Origin: Candidatus Hydrogenedentota bacterium
GTDB lineage: Bacteria > Hydrogenedentota > Hydrogenedentia > Hydrogenedentales > SLHB01
Assembly (NCBI GenBank): GCA_963745075.1
Contig: CAVUWV010000021.1
Coordinates: forward strand, 64,001 to 128,000
DNA: 64,000 nucleotides
Reading direction: 5' to 3'
The translations under genes were made by a program, and so were the position numbers. Under the pieces are notes generated by a model. It was not told where the DNA came from and did not search any database. It saw nothing but the letters and a program-made list of their open reading frames with translations. Shown in pieces: positions 9,025 through 19,562 of this stretch (the stretch's first letter is position 1; each line of letters starts with the position of its first letter).

Positions 9025-11079
9025 ATGGGTGTATCTACACCTCGCACCGATCCTGACCGCGGCGTGTCCCGGATATTTGACCGGTTTTGGCAATCCGAGA
9101 CCGCAGTCATGATGACGTTCGCGGTTATCGTCGGCGTCGGCACCGGCTGTGGGACCATTGCCTTTATCTGGATGATCGAGTTTTTTGACAAGCTCTTCTT
9201 CGGGACCGGTGGTGAGTATCTCGGATTTCTCGGAAGCTATTATGTGATCCTGCTGCCGGCCATTGGGGGATTCTTAATCGGGCCGGTAATTTACTACGTC
9301 GCACCGGAGGCGAAAGGTCATGGTGTACCGGAGGTTATGACGGCGATCGCCACGTGCGGCGGACGGATCCGGCCGGTGGTTGTCCTGGCCAAAGCCATTT
9401 GCTCAGCGATCACCATTGGGTCCGGCGGCTCTGTCGGACGCGAAGGTCCTATCGTGCAGATTGGATCTGCCTTAGGATCCACCATCGGGCAGTATTTTAA
9501 GCTCAATGAGCGCCGGATCATCACGCTGGTTGCTGCGGGCGCAGCGGCAGGTATCGCCGCGACCTTCAACGCACCCATCGCCGGGGTCATGTTCGCGTTG
9601 GAAGTAATCCTGGCGGAGTTTGGCGTGCGCGCATTCGGCACGATTGTGATTGCGTCGGTCACGGCCAGCGTCGTCAGCCGGGCGGCGTTGGGCGACAATC
9701 CGGCCTTCGAGGTTCCGCGATCCTTCTATCTCCACAGTCCGTGGGAACTCGTCCTCTACCTCGGCCTTGGGGTTTTAAGTGCAGGAGGATCTTTAGCTTA
9801 TATCAAATGTCTCTATTTCCTGGAGGATCTCTTCGATAACTGGAAATTCCCGGAACCGCTCAAACCGGCCGTCGGCGGCGTGCTTTTGGGGGTTGTCGGC
9901 TTTCTGGTACCGCACTCATTCGGAACGGGATTTACGACGATCGCCGACACCTTGCGCGGAAACGTCATGCTCACATCGTTGCTGGTCCTGTTCGTGGCAA
10001 AACTGCTGGCCACGTCATTTACCCTGGGTTCCGGGGCTTCGGGCGGCGTGTTCGCCCCCGCCTTGTTCATGGGCGCCGTGCTGGGGGGCGCCTACGGTCA
10101 GGTCGCGCATCAGCTCTTCCCCGGAATCACCGAAACGAGTGGCGCCTACGCCATGGTGGGAATGGCGGCCGTCTTCGCCGGTTCGGCCCGCGCGCCGATA
10201 ACGGCCATTATTATCCTGTTCGAGATGACGCAGGACTATCGGATGATCCTGCCGCTCATGTTTGCAACCGTCGTAAGTACCGCGCTTTCTCAGCGTTACG
10301 AGCCGGAGAGTATCTACACCTTGAAGCTGACGCGCCGGGGACTCGACGTTCGCGCGAAGAAGGACGAGAACCTCATGAGCGCGATTCTCGTCGAGGAGGC
10401 CATGACTCCCGCTTCGGAATTGACGACGCTCACCCCGGACACGTCGCTGATGGAACTGGCGTTCTGGTTCCAGGAATCGGGACAGCACGGGTTTGTTGTG
10501 GTAAACGAAGCGGGCGATTTGCACGGAATTGTCACCCTTTCCGACCTCGAGCGCACGATGGCGCGGGACAGCATTCAGGACAAGACCGTGGCAGACATTT
10601 GCGCCACGGACGTAATGATCACGTACCCCGATGAGACCCTGGACGACGCCCTGCGCCACTTTGGGTCCATTCAGGTGGGCCGGCTGCCCGTCGTCGATCG
10701 CCGGGATCAGCACAAGCTCCTCGGGTTGCTCGACCGCGGGGATGTCATTCGCACCTACTCGAATATCCAAGTCGACAAGCAACAGCGCGCCCGCTATATC
10801 GCCCGGCTCCGCCTGGAATCCGCGACCAATTCTCAGCTTGTCGAAATCAACCTCGAACCCGGCTGGTCCGCTGTGGGCCGGCGCCTGAAAGACTTGGCAT
10901 TACCGCCAGATTGCGTCGTCGTCTCGATCCAGCGCGGCCGCCGCACGGTCGTGCCCCGCGGCCATACACTGCTCTATCGTGGCGACCGGGTGGTGGCGCT
11001 GACGAACGGGAATACGGGGACCGATCTCCGCGCAATTCTGCGGGACGGAGTGAAAACGGAAGAATCCCCGACCGCTTAA
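9025..11079 (+). CDS. ClC chloride channel/transporter with CBS pair and TrkA_C (RCK_C) domain
   Basis: GHGVPE, GREGP, FNAPIAG, GGVFAP, SIYTLKL, two CBS domains, C-terminal VVPRGHTLL..GDRV. Confidence 0.92.
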   Translation: MGVSTPRTDPDRGVSRIFDRFWQSETAVMMTFAVIVGVGTGCGTIAFIWMIEFFDKLFFGTGGEYLGFLGSYYVILLPAIGGFLIGPVIYYVAPEAKGHGVPEVMTAIATCGGRIRPVVVLAKAICSAITIGSGGSVGREGPIVQIGSALGSTIGQYFKLNERRIITLVAAGAAAGIAATFNAPIAGVMFALEVILAEFGVRAFGTIVIASVTASVVSRAALGDNPAFEVPRSFYLHSPWELVLYLGLGVLSAGGSLAYIKCLYFLEDLFDNWKFPEPLKPAVGGVLLGVVGFLVPHSFGTGFTTIADTLRGNVMLTSLLVLFVAKLLATSFTLGSGASGGVFAPALFMGAVLGGAYGQVAHQLFPGITETSGAYAMVGMAAVFAGSARAPITAIIILFEMTQDYRMILPLMFATVVSTALSQRYEPESIYTLKLTRRGLDVRAKKDENLMSAILVEEAMTPASELTTLTPDTSLMELAFWFQESGQHGFVVVNEAGDLHGIVTLSDLERTMARDSIQDKTVADICATDVMITYPDETLDDALRHFGSIQVGRLPVVDRRDQHKLLGLLDRGDVIRTYSNIQVDKQQRARYIARLRLESATNSQLVEINLEPGWSAVGRRLKDLALPPDCVVVSIQRGRRTVVPRGHTLLYRGDRVVALTNGNTGTDLRAILRDGVKTEESPTA

Positions 11080-11243
11080 AGCGTGTTTCAAGAGTGGTCG
11101 TCGCGCGATTTAACAGACGTGCGGTGAATGTAGCGCAGGCGTCCCCGACTGCAAATCCTGAGACAGAATCCTAAAGAATGCAGGCGGGGACGCCTGCGCT
11201 ACATTCACCGCACCCCGCCGATATCCCACTCTTGAAACACGCT
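11080..11243. repeat. MITE-like element with 18-bp terminal IRs enclosing an inverted GTAG-REP doublet
   Basis: AGCGTGTTTCAAGAGTGG (11080-11097) and its perfect reverse complement (11226-11243); inner 35-bp IR at 11119-11153 and 11179-11213 with one mismatch. Confidence 0.85.
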
Positions 11244-11366
11244 CGAAGTCCGCCTCGCTTGTTCCCGGTCAAGACCGCAGTCCCCTGTTACCTTTCAGGC
11301 ATCAACGGTGTATAACGATACAGATGAGCGGCCCGATGGGACGAGAAGCCGCTTGAATGAGGTATC

Positions 11367-12044
11367 GTGGCGTACGCGATGTTCAGGCAAATCGACGCAG
11401 CGAGGTCCCGGCGGCGCCCCGTGGATGCCCAAACGCCGAATGAACCCGTCTTACGACCGCTCCCCGATACCGGGGAAGAGGAGCCGTGTCCGGACGAGGA
11501 GTGGGTGCGGCGGATTCAACACGGTGAACGATCGGCATTCAATGGGATCGTACGCCGGTACGGGCGCGCCATTTACCGCCATTTGTATCGCATCATGCTG
11601 AACCGCGAGGACGCTGAAGACTTGACCCAGGAAGCCTTTATCCGCGCGTATCGGTACGTGGACCGGCTCGACTCGGGCCGCTCGCTGCGATCGTGGCTGT
11701 ATACGATCGCGACGCGTGTGGGACTGAACGCGTTACGTTCGCAGCAGCGCCGGGGCAAGGGCACGAATGTTTCCTACGACGCCCACGTTGCCACTGCCGG
11801 TGAACTCGAGGAGCCGTCGGGGCAGAACGCGCACCGGCAAGCCGAACTTCGGGATGAGATCGAGGCCGTATTGGCAACACTACCGCCGCGGACGGCGTTG
11901 CTTATGCAGTTGCATTACACCGAAGGGTTCGCCATTCGGGAAGCGGCGAATATCATCGGTATGAGTCCCGCAGCAGCCAAGGTGGCCCTGTGCCGCGCGC
12001 GGAAGGAACTGCGGCAACGCTTGTGCGAGGAGGATGAGTCATGA
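11367..12044 (+). CDS. ECF RNA polymerase sigma factor
   Basis: DAEDLTQEAFIRAY, SWLYTIA, region 4 EAANIIGMSPAAAKVALCRAR. Confidence 0.92.
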   Translation: MAYAMFRQIDAARSRRRPVDAQTPNEPVLRPLPDTGEEEPCPDEEWVRRIQHGERSAFNGIVRRYGRAIYRHLYRIMLNREDAEDLTQEAFIRAYRYVDRLDSGRSLRSWLYTIATRVGLNALRSQQRRGKGTNVSYDAHVATAGELEEPSGQNAHRQAELRDEIEAVLATLPPRTALLMQLHYTEGFAIREAANIIGMSPAAAKVALCRARKELRQRLCEEDES

Positions 12045-12607
12045 ACTGCGCATCCGTCAAAGCGTGGATGCGGGAACGATTCGATCAAGGTCTCGCGTTG
12101 GAAGACGGCTTCGAGCCGCATCTTGAAGGGTGCGAACGCTGCCGAACGTACGTCGCACGCCTTCGGGCGGTGGAGGCGGGACTGTCGGACTTGCCATATG
12201 TGACACCATCCGAAGACTTGGAGACCGTTGTCGTGGCACGGTTGCGGGCGTCTCGTCGAGAAATGGCCCGAGGCTGGATTGCGGGGCCGATCGTCGTGAT
12301 CGCGATCGCCTTTGTGGCACTTGGTTGGCGCCTTCCCCTGGAATCGTACGTGGCGGATGGGCTGACGCAACTCGCGGCCTGGCGGCCGGAACTCCTGTCT
12401 GCCGGAAGCTTGGCCGCTGCGATCTCGGAATGGGGACGTGAAACGTGGACAACCTTCGACCTGGCAGCCTATTTTGCCGGCGCGAAGAGTCCGTGGTTCT
12501 CAGGGGGCAGCATTGCGGTACTTGCGGCGGCCTTGGTTGGCTTCAACGCGTTAGTGCGGCATTTTGGCAGGGGTTCTCGGTCCGACTCACTGCGTCGGGC
12601 AAGGTAA
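12041..12607 (+). CDS. Zinc-binding (ZAS) membrane anti-sigma factor
   Basis: C...HLEGCERC (HxxxCxxC) followed by TM helices; ATGA overlap with the sigma gene. Confidence 0.85.
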   Translation: MNCASVKAWMRERFDQGLALEDGFEPHLEGCERCRTYVARLRAVEAGLSDLPYVTPSEDLETVVVARLRASRREMARGWIAGPIVVIAIAFVALGWRLPLESYVADGLTQLAAWRPELLSAGSLAAAISEWGRETWTTFDLAAYFAGAKSPWFSGGSIAVLAAALVGFNALVRHFGRGSRSDSLRRAR

Positions 12608-12630
12608 GTAACACCGGGGAGGATGGGGAT

Positions 12631-13212
12631 ATGCAAAACGTAACGGTCACATTGCTCAATGAAGGGGGTATGGACAAGCTGATCCGGACGTTGGGATTGG
12701 GCGGCGTCTGTATGTTGGTCCTTGCCGCCCTGGCGGTGTTGGTCCTTATCAAGCTGGGGTCGATCCTCGCCGCACTCTGGCTCGACTCCCGCTACCCGGA
12801 ACTGAGCGACGCGATGTTGCAGACCTATCGGAACGACCCCATGCGGTGTTTGGTGGTGGGCCTGGCAAACGTCCTGATGGGCGTACTTCTCGCTATCGTA
12901 TTGTTGAATACGAAAATACTGGCGCTGTTTGGTCTCGCGCTACTGCTGGCGGTGTACGTGATGGGATTTGTCGGGTACACGGTCGGGTACCGCAGCGCGG
13001 GGACAACCATACCGTTGTCATCATGGGGAACGCGCACTGGGGAAATCCTCCTCGGTGGGGTGGTGGCAGAAAGTACCTTCCTCATCCCAATCCTCGGACA
13101 ACTTCTGTCGCTCGTTACCTTACTGCGGGGATTCGGCGCCGTCACGCTTGCTATCATCGCCCGAAAGAAGCCGGCGTCGATGAAGGACAGCACGACAAGC
13201 GAATCGGAATAA
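12631..13212 (+). CDS. Multi-pass membrane protein
   Basis: About five hydrophobic helices ending IPILGQLL..RGFGAV; GGAGG RBS; follows the anti-sigma gene. Confidence 0.7.
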   Translation: MQNVTVTLLNEGGMDKLIRTLGLGGVCMLVLAALAVLVLIKLGSILAALWLDSRYPELSDAMLQTYRNDPMRCLVVGLANVLMGVLLAIVLLNTKILALFGLALLLAVYVMGFVGYTVGYRSAGTTIPLSSWGTRTGEILLGGVVAESTFLIPILGQLLSLVTLLRGFGAVTLAIIARKKPASMKDSTTSESE

Positions 13213-13388
13213 GGGGAAGCGCACAAGGTCGAGACCGCTTTGACATCCCGCCGTCACCGGTTTGACTTTTCCACCCGCTGAGCGAGATACTTGGACTGAA
13301 TAACCCGCCACGCATCCTCGTCCATAAATACGAGGAAATGCGCGTGGCGATTCCCGTGTCAAATGACGAAAGGTTTAAGGAGGAAATC

Positions 13389-14084
13389 ATGGTGAGACAT
13401 GCAGTTACGCCGCTACGAGTCCTTGCGACGGCGGCTGTGGTGGCGTTGACGTTTATGGCCGGTCCCACGGCGAAGGCCGAGGACGAGGCGCCGCTGAAGA
13501 TCGAGCTTCCCCAGCCGTATTTCGGCGGAACGCCGCTCGACTACTTCGGCGAGAATCTGGAAGAACGCAGCTACAAGCCGCGCGATCCGTATATGGCTCC
13601 CGCAGGCGCGACCAATCTTGCCAAAGGGAAGACGGTTACCAGCAGTGACCCCGATCCGAACTACGGCAAACTTTCGTTCATCACGGACGGCGAGAAGGGC
13701 TATCAGCAGGACTATCTCGTGGAACTTGGCACGGGCGTGCAGTGGGTGCAGATCGATCTCGGTCAGGAATCCGATATCTACGCCGTCGTGGTGTGGCACT
13801 TCCACGCGGCCGAGCGGGTGTACTTTGACGTGGTCGTGAAGACCGCCGACGACGCGGAATTCACCAAGAACGTGCAGACGATCTTCAACAACGACCACGA
13901 CAACTCGTCCGGACTCGGCGTAGGCAAAGACAAGGAATACGTCGAGACCTATGAAGGCCGCCTGATTCCGTGCACGGATAAAAATATCAAGGGCCGCTAC
14001 GTCCGCTTGTACAGCAACGGCAACACCACCGACGAGACCAACCATTACGTCGAAGTAGAAGTTTACGGTCAGCCGGCGAAGTAA
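13389..14084 (+). CDS. Secreted discoidin/F5-8 type C (galactose-binding-like) domain protein
   Basis: Signal peptide, NLAKGKTVTSS, ITDG, WVQIDLG, GRYVRLY, EVEVYG. Confidence 0.85.
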   Translation: MVRHAVTPLRVLATAAVVALTFMAGPTAKAEDEAPLKIELPQPYFGGTPLDYFGENLEERSYKPRDPYMAPAGATNLAKGKTVTSSDPDPNYGKLSFITDGEKGYQQDYLVELGTGVQWVQIDLGQESDIYAVVVWHFHAAERVYFDVVVKTADDAEFTKNVQTIFNNDHDNSSGLGVGKDKEYVETYEGRLIPCTDKNIKGRYVRLYSNGNTTDETNHYVEVEVYGQPAK

Positions 14085-14153
14085 GTAACCGATGACCCGG
14101 AACGGTGATGCAGTTCAGGACACCTTCCTTCCGGGATTGAAAGGCGGGGCACG

Positions 14154-15759
14154 GTGACCGCACACGCGGAAACTTCCCGCGCCGGCCGGATTGGGCTGGC
14201 ATTGATACTTGTGGCGGCAGCCGGAGCGCTTGCGTTCCGGCTGCCGTTGCTCGATCGGCGGCCCATGCACGGCGACGAAGCCAATCAAGCCGTCAAAGCG
14301 GGCATCCTCCTCGACACCGGGAATTATGCCTACGATCCGGTTGAACACCACGGACCCACGCTCTATTACTTCACCCTTCCCGTGGCATGGCTGTCCGGCG
14401 CAGCCGACTTCGCGGACACGACGGAGTACACGTTCCGACTGGTCCCGGTCATCTTCGGCGTCGGGATCGTGCTTCTGCTGATCCCGTTGCGCCGCACGCT
14501 CGGCGCAGGCCCCGTCGTGTGCGCGGCCATTCTCACCGCCGTTTCGCCGGCGATGGTGTATTACAGCCGCTACTACATCCAGGAGATGCTCCTCGTCTGT
14601 TTCGTCTTCGGGATCATCGTATCGGGTTGGCGGTATCTGGAAACGCGGTCGCTTGGATGGGCCATCGCGGCAGGACTGTTCACCGGGCTCGCCCACGCGT
14701 CGAAGGAAACATGCATCATTGCCTTCGCCGGGATCGCGGGAGCGGGCGTCGCGACGGCGTTGCTCGGTCGGGTGCTGGGATCGGCCGTTTCCGAGGGTGA
14801 GCCGAACGCGGACCAACAAGCGCGCCACTCGGTGTGGCATGTTGTCGCGTTTCTCGATCGCCGCCGTCAGCATATCGATCGTGTTCTATTCATCGTTTTT
14901 CACCCATCCGCACGGTATTGTGGACTCGATATTGACGTATGCGAACTATCTGCACAAAGCCGACACCAACCGCATTCACGAAAAACCCTGGTATTACTAC
15001 CTCGTGCTGCTGACGTATACGCACCGGACTCCCTGGCCGGTATTTAGCGAGGGACTGATTCTCGGACTGGGCCTTCTTGGGATGGTGGCAGCGGTGAGCG
15101 GAATTCGGCGCGGGCTCGACGCGCGTACGCGCCTGCTGGTGTTTCTAACGCTGTACACGATCTTGATGACTGCGGCCTATTCTTTCATTCCGTACAAGAC
15201 ACCGTGGAACGCGATAAACTTCTTGCAACCGTGGATTGTGCTGGCGGGTGCGGGCGCGGTCTGGCTGGTGCGGATCGTGCGGTTTCGTGCGCTCCAGGCA
15301 ATCGTATCGCTGGCGCTCGTCGCGGCAACGATTCAATTGGGCATTCAAGCATATCGTGCGGTGTACGTGTTCCCGGCCGACGTACGGAATCCGTACGTGT
15401 ATGCCCACACTTCGTCGGCGCTTTTGAAACTGGTCCATCGCGTGGATGAGATTGCCGCCGTGAGCCCGGACGACGGCAATCTGTTGATTCGGGTGATTAC
15501 AAACAACGGCGATTACTGGCCGCTGCCGTGGTATCTGCGTAAGTATCCAAACGTGGGGTATTGGAGGTCCATCCCGGAGGAAGCCGACGCCGCGATCATC
15601 CTTGCACCGGCAAGGCTGAAGACCGCGATCGATCCGCACCTCCGTAACGAGTATCAACTCGATACCAAGTCACTCCGCCCGGGTGTACTGTGGGTGATGG
15701 AAATCCGCAAGGACCTCTGGGACAAGTTCATGGAAAACAGGCGGGAGGCTGAAAGTTAG
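14154..15759 (+). CDS. GT-C fold membrane protein of the TIGR03663/Agl23 family; frameshift near 14855
   Basis: RPMHGDEA, YDPVEHHGP, YYSRYYIQE, ASKET in ORF1; HEKPWYYY, PYKTPW, NPYVYAHT, YWPLPWYLR in ORF2. Confidence 0.75.
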
Positions 15760-15768
15760 AGCGGGAAA

Positions 15769-15853
15769 GGACAGCAGAGACACCAAAGACAACAGCGACG
15801 TTTCTCAATCCATTTTCATGGTCCCTGCTGTCTCTGGCGTCCCAGTTGTCCCG
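15769..15853. repeat. 9-bp-periodic inverted repeat (GACnnnnnn x4 / GTCnnnnnn x4)
   Basis: GAC at 15770, 15779, 15788, 15797; GTC at 15821, 15830, 15839, 15848; lies between convergent genes. Confidence 0.65.
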
Positions 15854-15875
15854 GGTAGTACCACCACGCCGGCGA

Positions 15876-16587
15876 CTACTGATATCGCCCCATCGCGTCT
15901 TTGAATCGAATGGTCAGGGCATCCCAGAACATGCGGGCAGAGTCCATCAGTGCATTGACGCTGGTGTGCGGACTGTTTTTCCATCGAATCGGGAGTTGCT
16001 CCACACTCAATTCGTGTTTTTGCGCGATATAGAGCAGTTCGGCGTCGAAGCTGAATCGCGCAATGGTCTGGCGGGGAAAGACGATACCGCAGGCGTGGGC
16101 GGTGAACGCTTTGAATCCGCACTGCGTATCCGGGAAATGGGTTATCCCCAAGATTCGGATGATACGGTTAAACACGCGCCCCATATTCTCGCGATACCAG
16201 GGCTGGTGAATCTGCACATCCGAGCCGGGCATGGAACGGGAACCAATGACGACTTCAGCGCCGTTCCCGAAGATAGGCCATAGTTTGTCGACCTCTTCGA
16301 TAGGTGTCGACGCATCGGCGTCGTAGTATAGGCGCACTTCCCCCTTAGCGGACGTTCATGCCGGTGCGGACCGCGTGGCCCTTACCGCGATTCGCACGGT
16401 AGGAAATCACCTGCGCGTTTGATGCAATGTCGTGGACGACGGACACGGTATCGTCCGTGCTGCCGTCATCCACCACGATGATTTCGGCGTCGAAATCGGC
16501 GTTCGCGAGAAACGCGTTGATGCTTTCCAGCGTAGCGCCGATACGGTCCTCCTCGTTATATGCGGGAATCACAATGGAAAGGCGCAC
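15876..16587 (-). CDS. GT2 dolichyl/polyprenyl-phosphate glycosyltransferase; frameshift near 16355
   Basis: SIVIPAYNEE, VVDDGSTD, NRGKGHAVRTGM | YYDADAS, DTQCGFKAF, FSFDAELL. Confidence 0.85.
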
Positions 16588-16654
16588 TACTTCTCCTTTC
16601 CATCATCGCAGACCGGGACGCGCGCTCCATATGTCGGGCGTGGAGCCGGTGCCA

Positions 16655-17674
16655 TCACTCGGAAGCCGGTACGAACCAGATGTTGCGGTAACGAACGGCA
16701 TTGTGATGGTCCTGCAACAGCATCGGTCCCCGCGCGGAGTCGTCGCCGCTCACGCCGCCGGGGGTTGGATTGCTCAGCGCGACATCGTCATGAATCAGCA
16801 CGCCATTATGCACGACCGTAATCCGGGCATCGGCGGTCTTCTTGCCGGACGCATCGAACTGGGCGGCCGTGAAGGTGATGTCGTAGGTCTGCCACGTGAG
16901 CGGAGGAAGACACGCATTCACGAGGGGCACCGCCTCCTTGTAGATGCCGCCGCACAGGTTGTCCGCGGGTTCGAGGCCGAAGCTGTCCAGCACCTGCACT
17001 TCATACCGGCCGAAGACGTAGACGCCGCTGTTGCCACGGCCCTGGCCGCGCTCCGTGGGCATGAAGGGCGTGCGGAATTCTACGTGCCATTTCCCGCTAC
17101 CGAATTCTTCGATCGTCTTGAAATTGCTCGGCGTAACTTCCGTGGCGCCGTCGGAAAGCAGACTCCATTTCAGGGGAATGCGCTCCCATGCATCGAGATT
17201 GGTGCCGTCCATGAGCACCACGGCGCCGGCCGGCGGCGCTTCGCCTAGGGTCGGCGGTTTGATCTCGACGCGTTTCAGCGTGAACGCGACGGATTTCCCC
17301 TTGCTCGTCATCTTGCCGGAAAGGGCGCCGCCTTCGATTTCGCCGGACACGCGGTACGATCCGCCGAAATCTTTGCCAAGATCGACTTCGCCACCAAAGG
17401 GAACCGTCTTGGCGCCCGCGTCAACCCGGGCGGCCTCGACCGCTGCTTTCGCGTCCGGTTTCTTCCAATCGCCAATCAACAGAATTACACGCCAGCGGTC
17501 CGCGCCGTTCATAGGACCCTGCGCGATGATCTGCGCGGAAAGGGTGTAATCTTGCCAGCCCTCGGTCTGGAATGCGCCCTGCCAGACGCCCATGATGCCG
17601 TCGTCATCGTCCGCGAACGCCACGGACCCCACGAGAAACACTGCAAGTGCAAGTAAACAAATGGTTCGCCGCAT
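16655..17674 (-). CDS. DUF1080 (3-keto-disaccharide hydrolase-like) secreted protein
   Basis: Signal peptide, GQGRGNSGVY, YEVQVLDS, WQTYDITF, LQDH..VRYRNIW. Confidence 0.88.
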   Translation of the reverse strand: MRRTICLLALAVFLVGSVAFADDDDGIMGVWQGAFQTEGWQDYTLSAQIIAQGPMNGADRWRVILLIGDWKKPDAKAAVEAARVDAGAKTVPFGGEVDLGKDFGGSYRVSGEIEGGALSGKMTSKGKSVAFTLKRVEIKPPTLGEAPPAGAVVLMDGTNLDAWERIPLKWSLLSDGATEVTPSNFKTIEEFGSGKWHVEFRTPFMPTERGQGRGNSGVYVFGRYEVQVLDSFGLEPADNLCGGIYKEAVPLVNACLPPLTWQTYDITFTAAQFDASGKKTADARITVVHNGVLIHDDVALSNPTPGGVSGDDSARGPMLLQDHHNAVRYRNIWFVPASE

Positions 17675-17871
17675 GGGTAGGCTCCTTCGATCGAACCACG
17701 CATCTGTGCGCGTGGCTGGTTGGCAATTCCGAATACAAAAGGACTCGCATTGTAGCAAGAGCGCCCGTGAGGATTCACCCGTGGGATTGCGTGGCTCACA
17801 TTTGCACCTGTCATAAACCGGCGAGAGTCAGTTAGAATTGGTGAACAACGCATTTCGAGGGGGGAGTTCTC

Positions 17872-19308
17872 ATGAAACGACTGACCGTATCTATTTGCAG
17901 CGCACTCTTGATCGGCCTTGCCGCGATTTCCAGCGCTCACGCGGCCGAAACTGACGAAGTGCGGGCTTCGGTTCAGCGGGAGTCCAAGGAGGCCCGCGAC
18001 GCGCGGATGGCGTGGTGGCGCGAGGCGCGCTTCGGCATGTTCGTGCACTGGGGCTTGTACTCCGGTCTGGCAGGGACCTGGAAAGGCGAGTCCGTGGGTG
18101 ACCGTGGCGGGATGGAGTGGATTCAGCAGCGCGTCAAGGCCGACACGTGGGAGTACGCCCACGAGGCGATCCCTCAATTCCTGCCGAAGGAAGGGTTTGC
18201 CGAGGATTGGGCGCAGTTGGCGAAGGATGCGGGGTGCAAGTATGTCGTGTTCACGTCGAAGCACCACGAAGGGTTTGCGCTGCACGATTCAGCGGTGACC
18301 GACTATGACGCGCACGACCTCGTCGGGCGAGACTTGTGCAAAGAAATCGTCGACGCCGTTCGCGCGGAGGGTTTGCGGGTCGGGTTCTATCATTCCGTCA
18401 TCGACTGGCATCATCCCCAGTACGATTACGAAGCGGCGGATAAGCTCCCCCATCCTCTGCACGGACAGCCGTCGCCGAACGGGCCGCGAAATCACGCGAT
18501 CTACCTCGACTACCTCCACGACCAAGTGCGGGAACTGATGTCGAACTACGGACCCATCGACATTCTGTGGTGGGACTATTCGAAGCCCGGCAACGAAGGC
18601 GCGTTCTGGCGCGCGGATGAGTTGATGGCGATGGTCCGGGAGTTGCAGCCCGCGATTATCACCAACGACCGGCTCTATGCCATCCCGAACATCGAGAAGG
18701 ATGACTCGGTCAATCGTCTTCGCGAGTGGAAACCGGAACGCGGCGATTTCACGACCCCCGAGCAGACAGTGCCCTCCACGGGCGTGCCGGGTGTGGACTG
18801 GGAAGTCTGCATGACCATGAACACGACGTGGGGGTACTCGGAACACGACATGGCGTGGAAATCGCCGGAGACCCTGTTGCGCACCTTGATCGACATCGTA
18901 TCCAAAGGCGGCAACTACCTGTTGAACGTCGGCCCCAAGGGCGACGGCTCCATCCCCGAGGAAAGCATCACGAGCATGCACGTCATCGGCGAGTGGATGA
19001 AAGTCAACGGCGAAGCCATCTACGGCACCACCGCCAGCCCCTTCGAGCCTCCGGAGTGGGGACGCTATACGGCGAAGCCGGGTAGGCTCTACGTGCACGT
19101 CTTCGATTGGCCCGAGGATGGTGTGCTGCGCGTTCCAACTGGTGGAGTCAACGTTACGCTGGAATACTTAGTGGCGTACTTGCTTTCGGATCCGTCGAAG
19201 AGCCCGCTCGTTGCCACGGTCTCACCCGATTCCATCACGATCAACGTGCCGTCGAAAGCGCCGGATGCGATCGCATCGGTTGTCGTTTTGGAGTACAAGT
19301 CGACATGA
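17872..19308 (+). CDS. Alpha-L-fucosidase (GH29)
   Basis: RFGMFVHWGLY, TSKHHEGF, YHSVIDWHHP, ILWWD, WEVCMTMNTTWGY, GGNYLLNVGP. Confidence 0.93.
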   Translation: MKRLTVSICSALLIGLAAISSAHAAETDEVRASVQRESKEARDARMAWWREARFGMFVHWGLYSGLAGTWKGESVGDRGGMEWIQQRVKADTWEYAHEAIPQFLPKEGFAEDWAQLAKDAGCKYVVFTSKHHEGFALHDSAVTDYDAHDLVGRDLCKEIVDAVRAEGLRVGFYHSVIDWHHPQYDYEAADKLPHPLHGQPSPNGPRNHAIYLDYLHDQVRELMSNYGPIDILWWDYSKPGNEGAFWRADELMAMVRELQPAIITNDRLYAIPNIEKDDSVNRLREWKPERGDFTTPEQTVPSTGVPGVDWEVCMTMNTTWGYSEHDMAWKSPETLLRTLIDIVSKGGNYLLNVGPKGDGSIPEESITSMHVIGEWMKVNGEAIYGTTASPFEPPEWGRYTAKPGRLYVHVFDWPEDGVLRVPTGGVNVTLEYLVAYLLSDPSKSPLVATVSPDSITINVPSKAPDAIASVVVLEYKST

Positions 19309-19382
19309 CGGGGTCTTTCACCGAGAGACGATGAAAACGGCATACACTTTTCGCAAAAAAACGTGGTCCGAAGACGGCACGA

Positions 19383-19505
19383 GTAGGACGGGAATGATTC
19401 CCGTCCCGGGAGTTCTCGTTGACCGAATCCGTCACAATACCGATGCCTGGCGGCCAAGCACGAAGTCAATCAGAAGAGACTGGACGGGAACCATTCCCGT
19501 CCTAC
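19383..19505. repeat. Inverted GTAG-REP doublet (REPIN-like)
   Basis: GTAGGACGGGAATGATTCCCGTCC (19383-19406) and an inverted copy (19482-19505) with one mismatch; each copy is internally palindromic. Confidence 0.8.
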
Positions 19506-19562
19506 AAGATCGCCCCAAAACTGAGGCAATTCTTGGAGTAGACACAGTCGCAATCTACGGAG

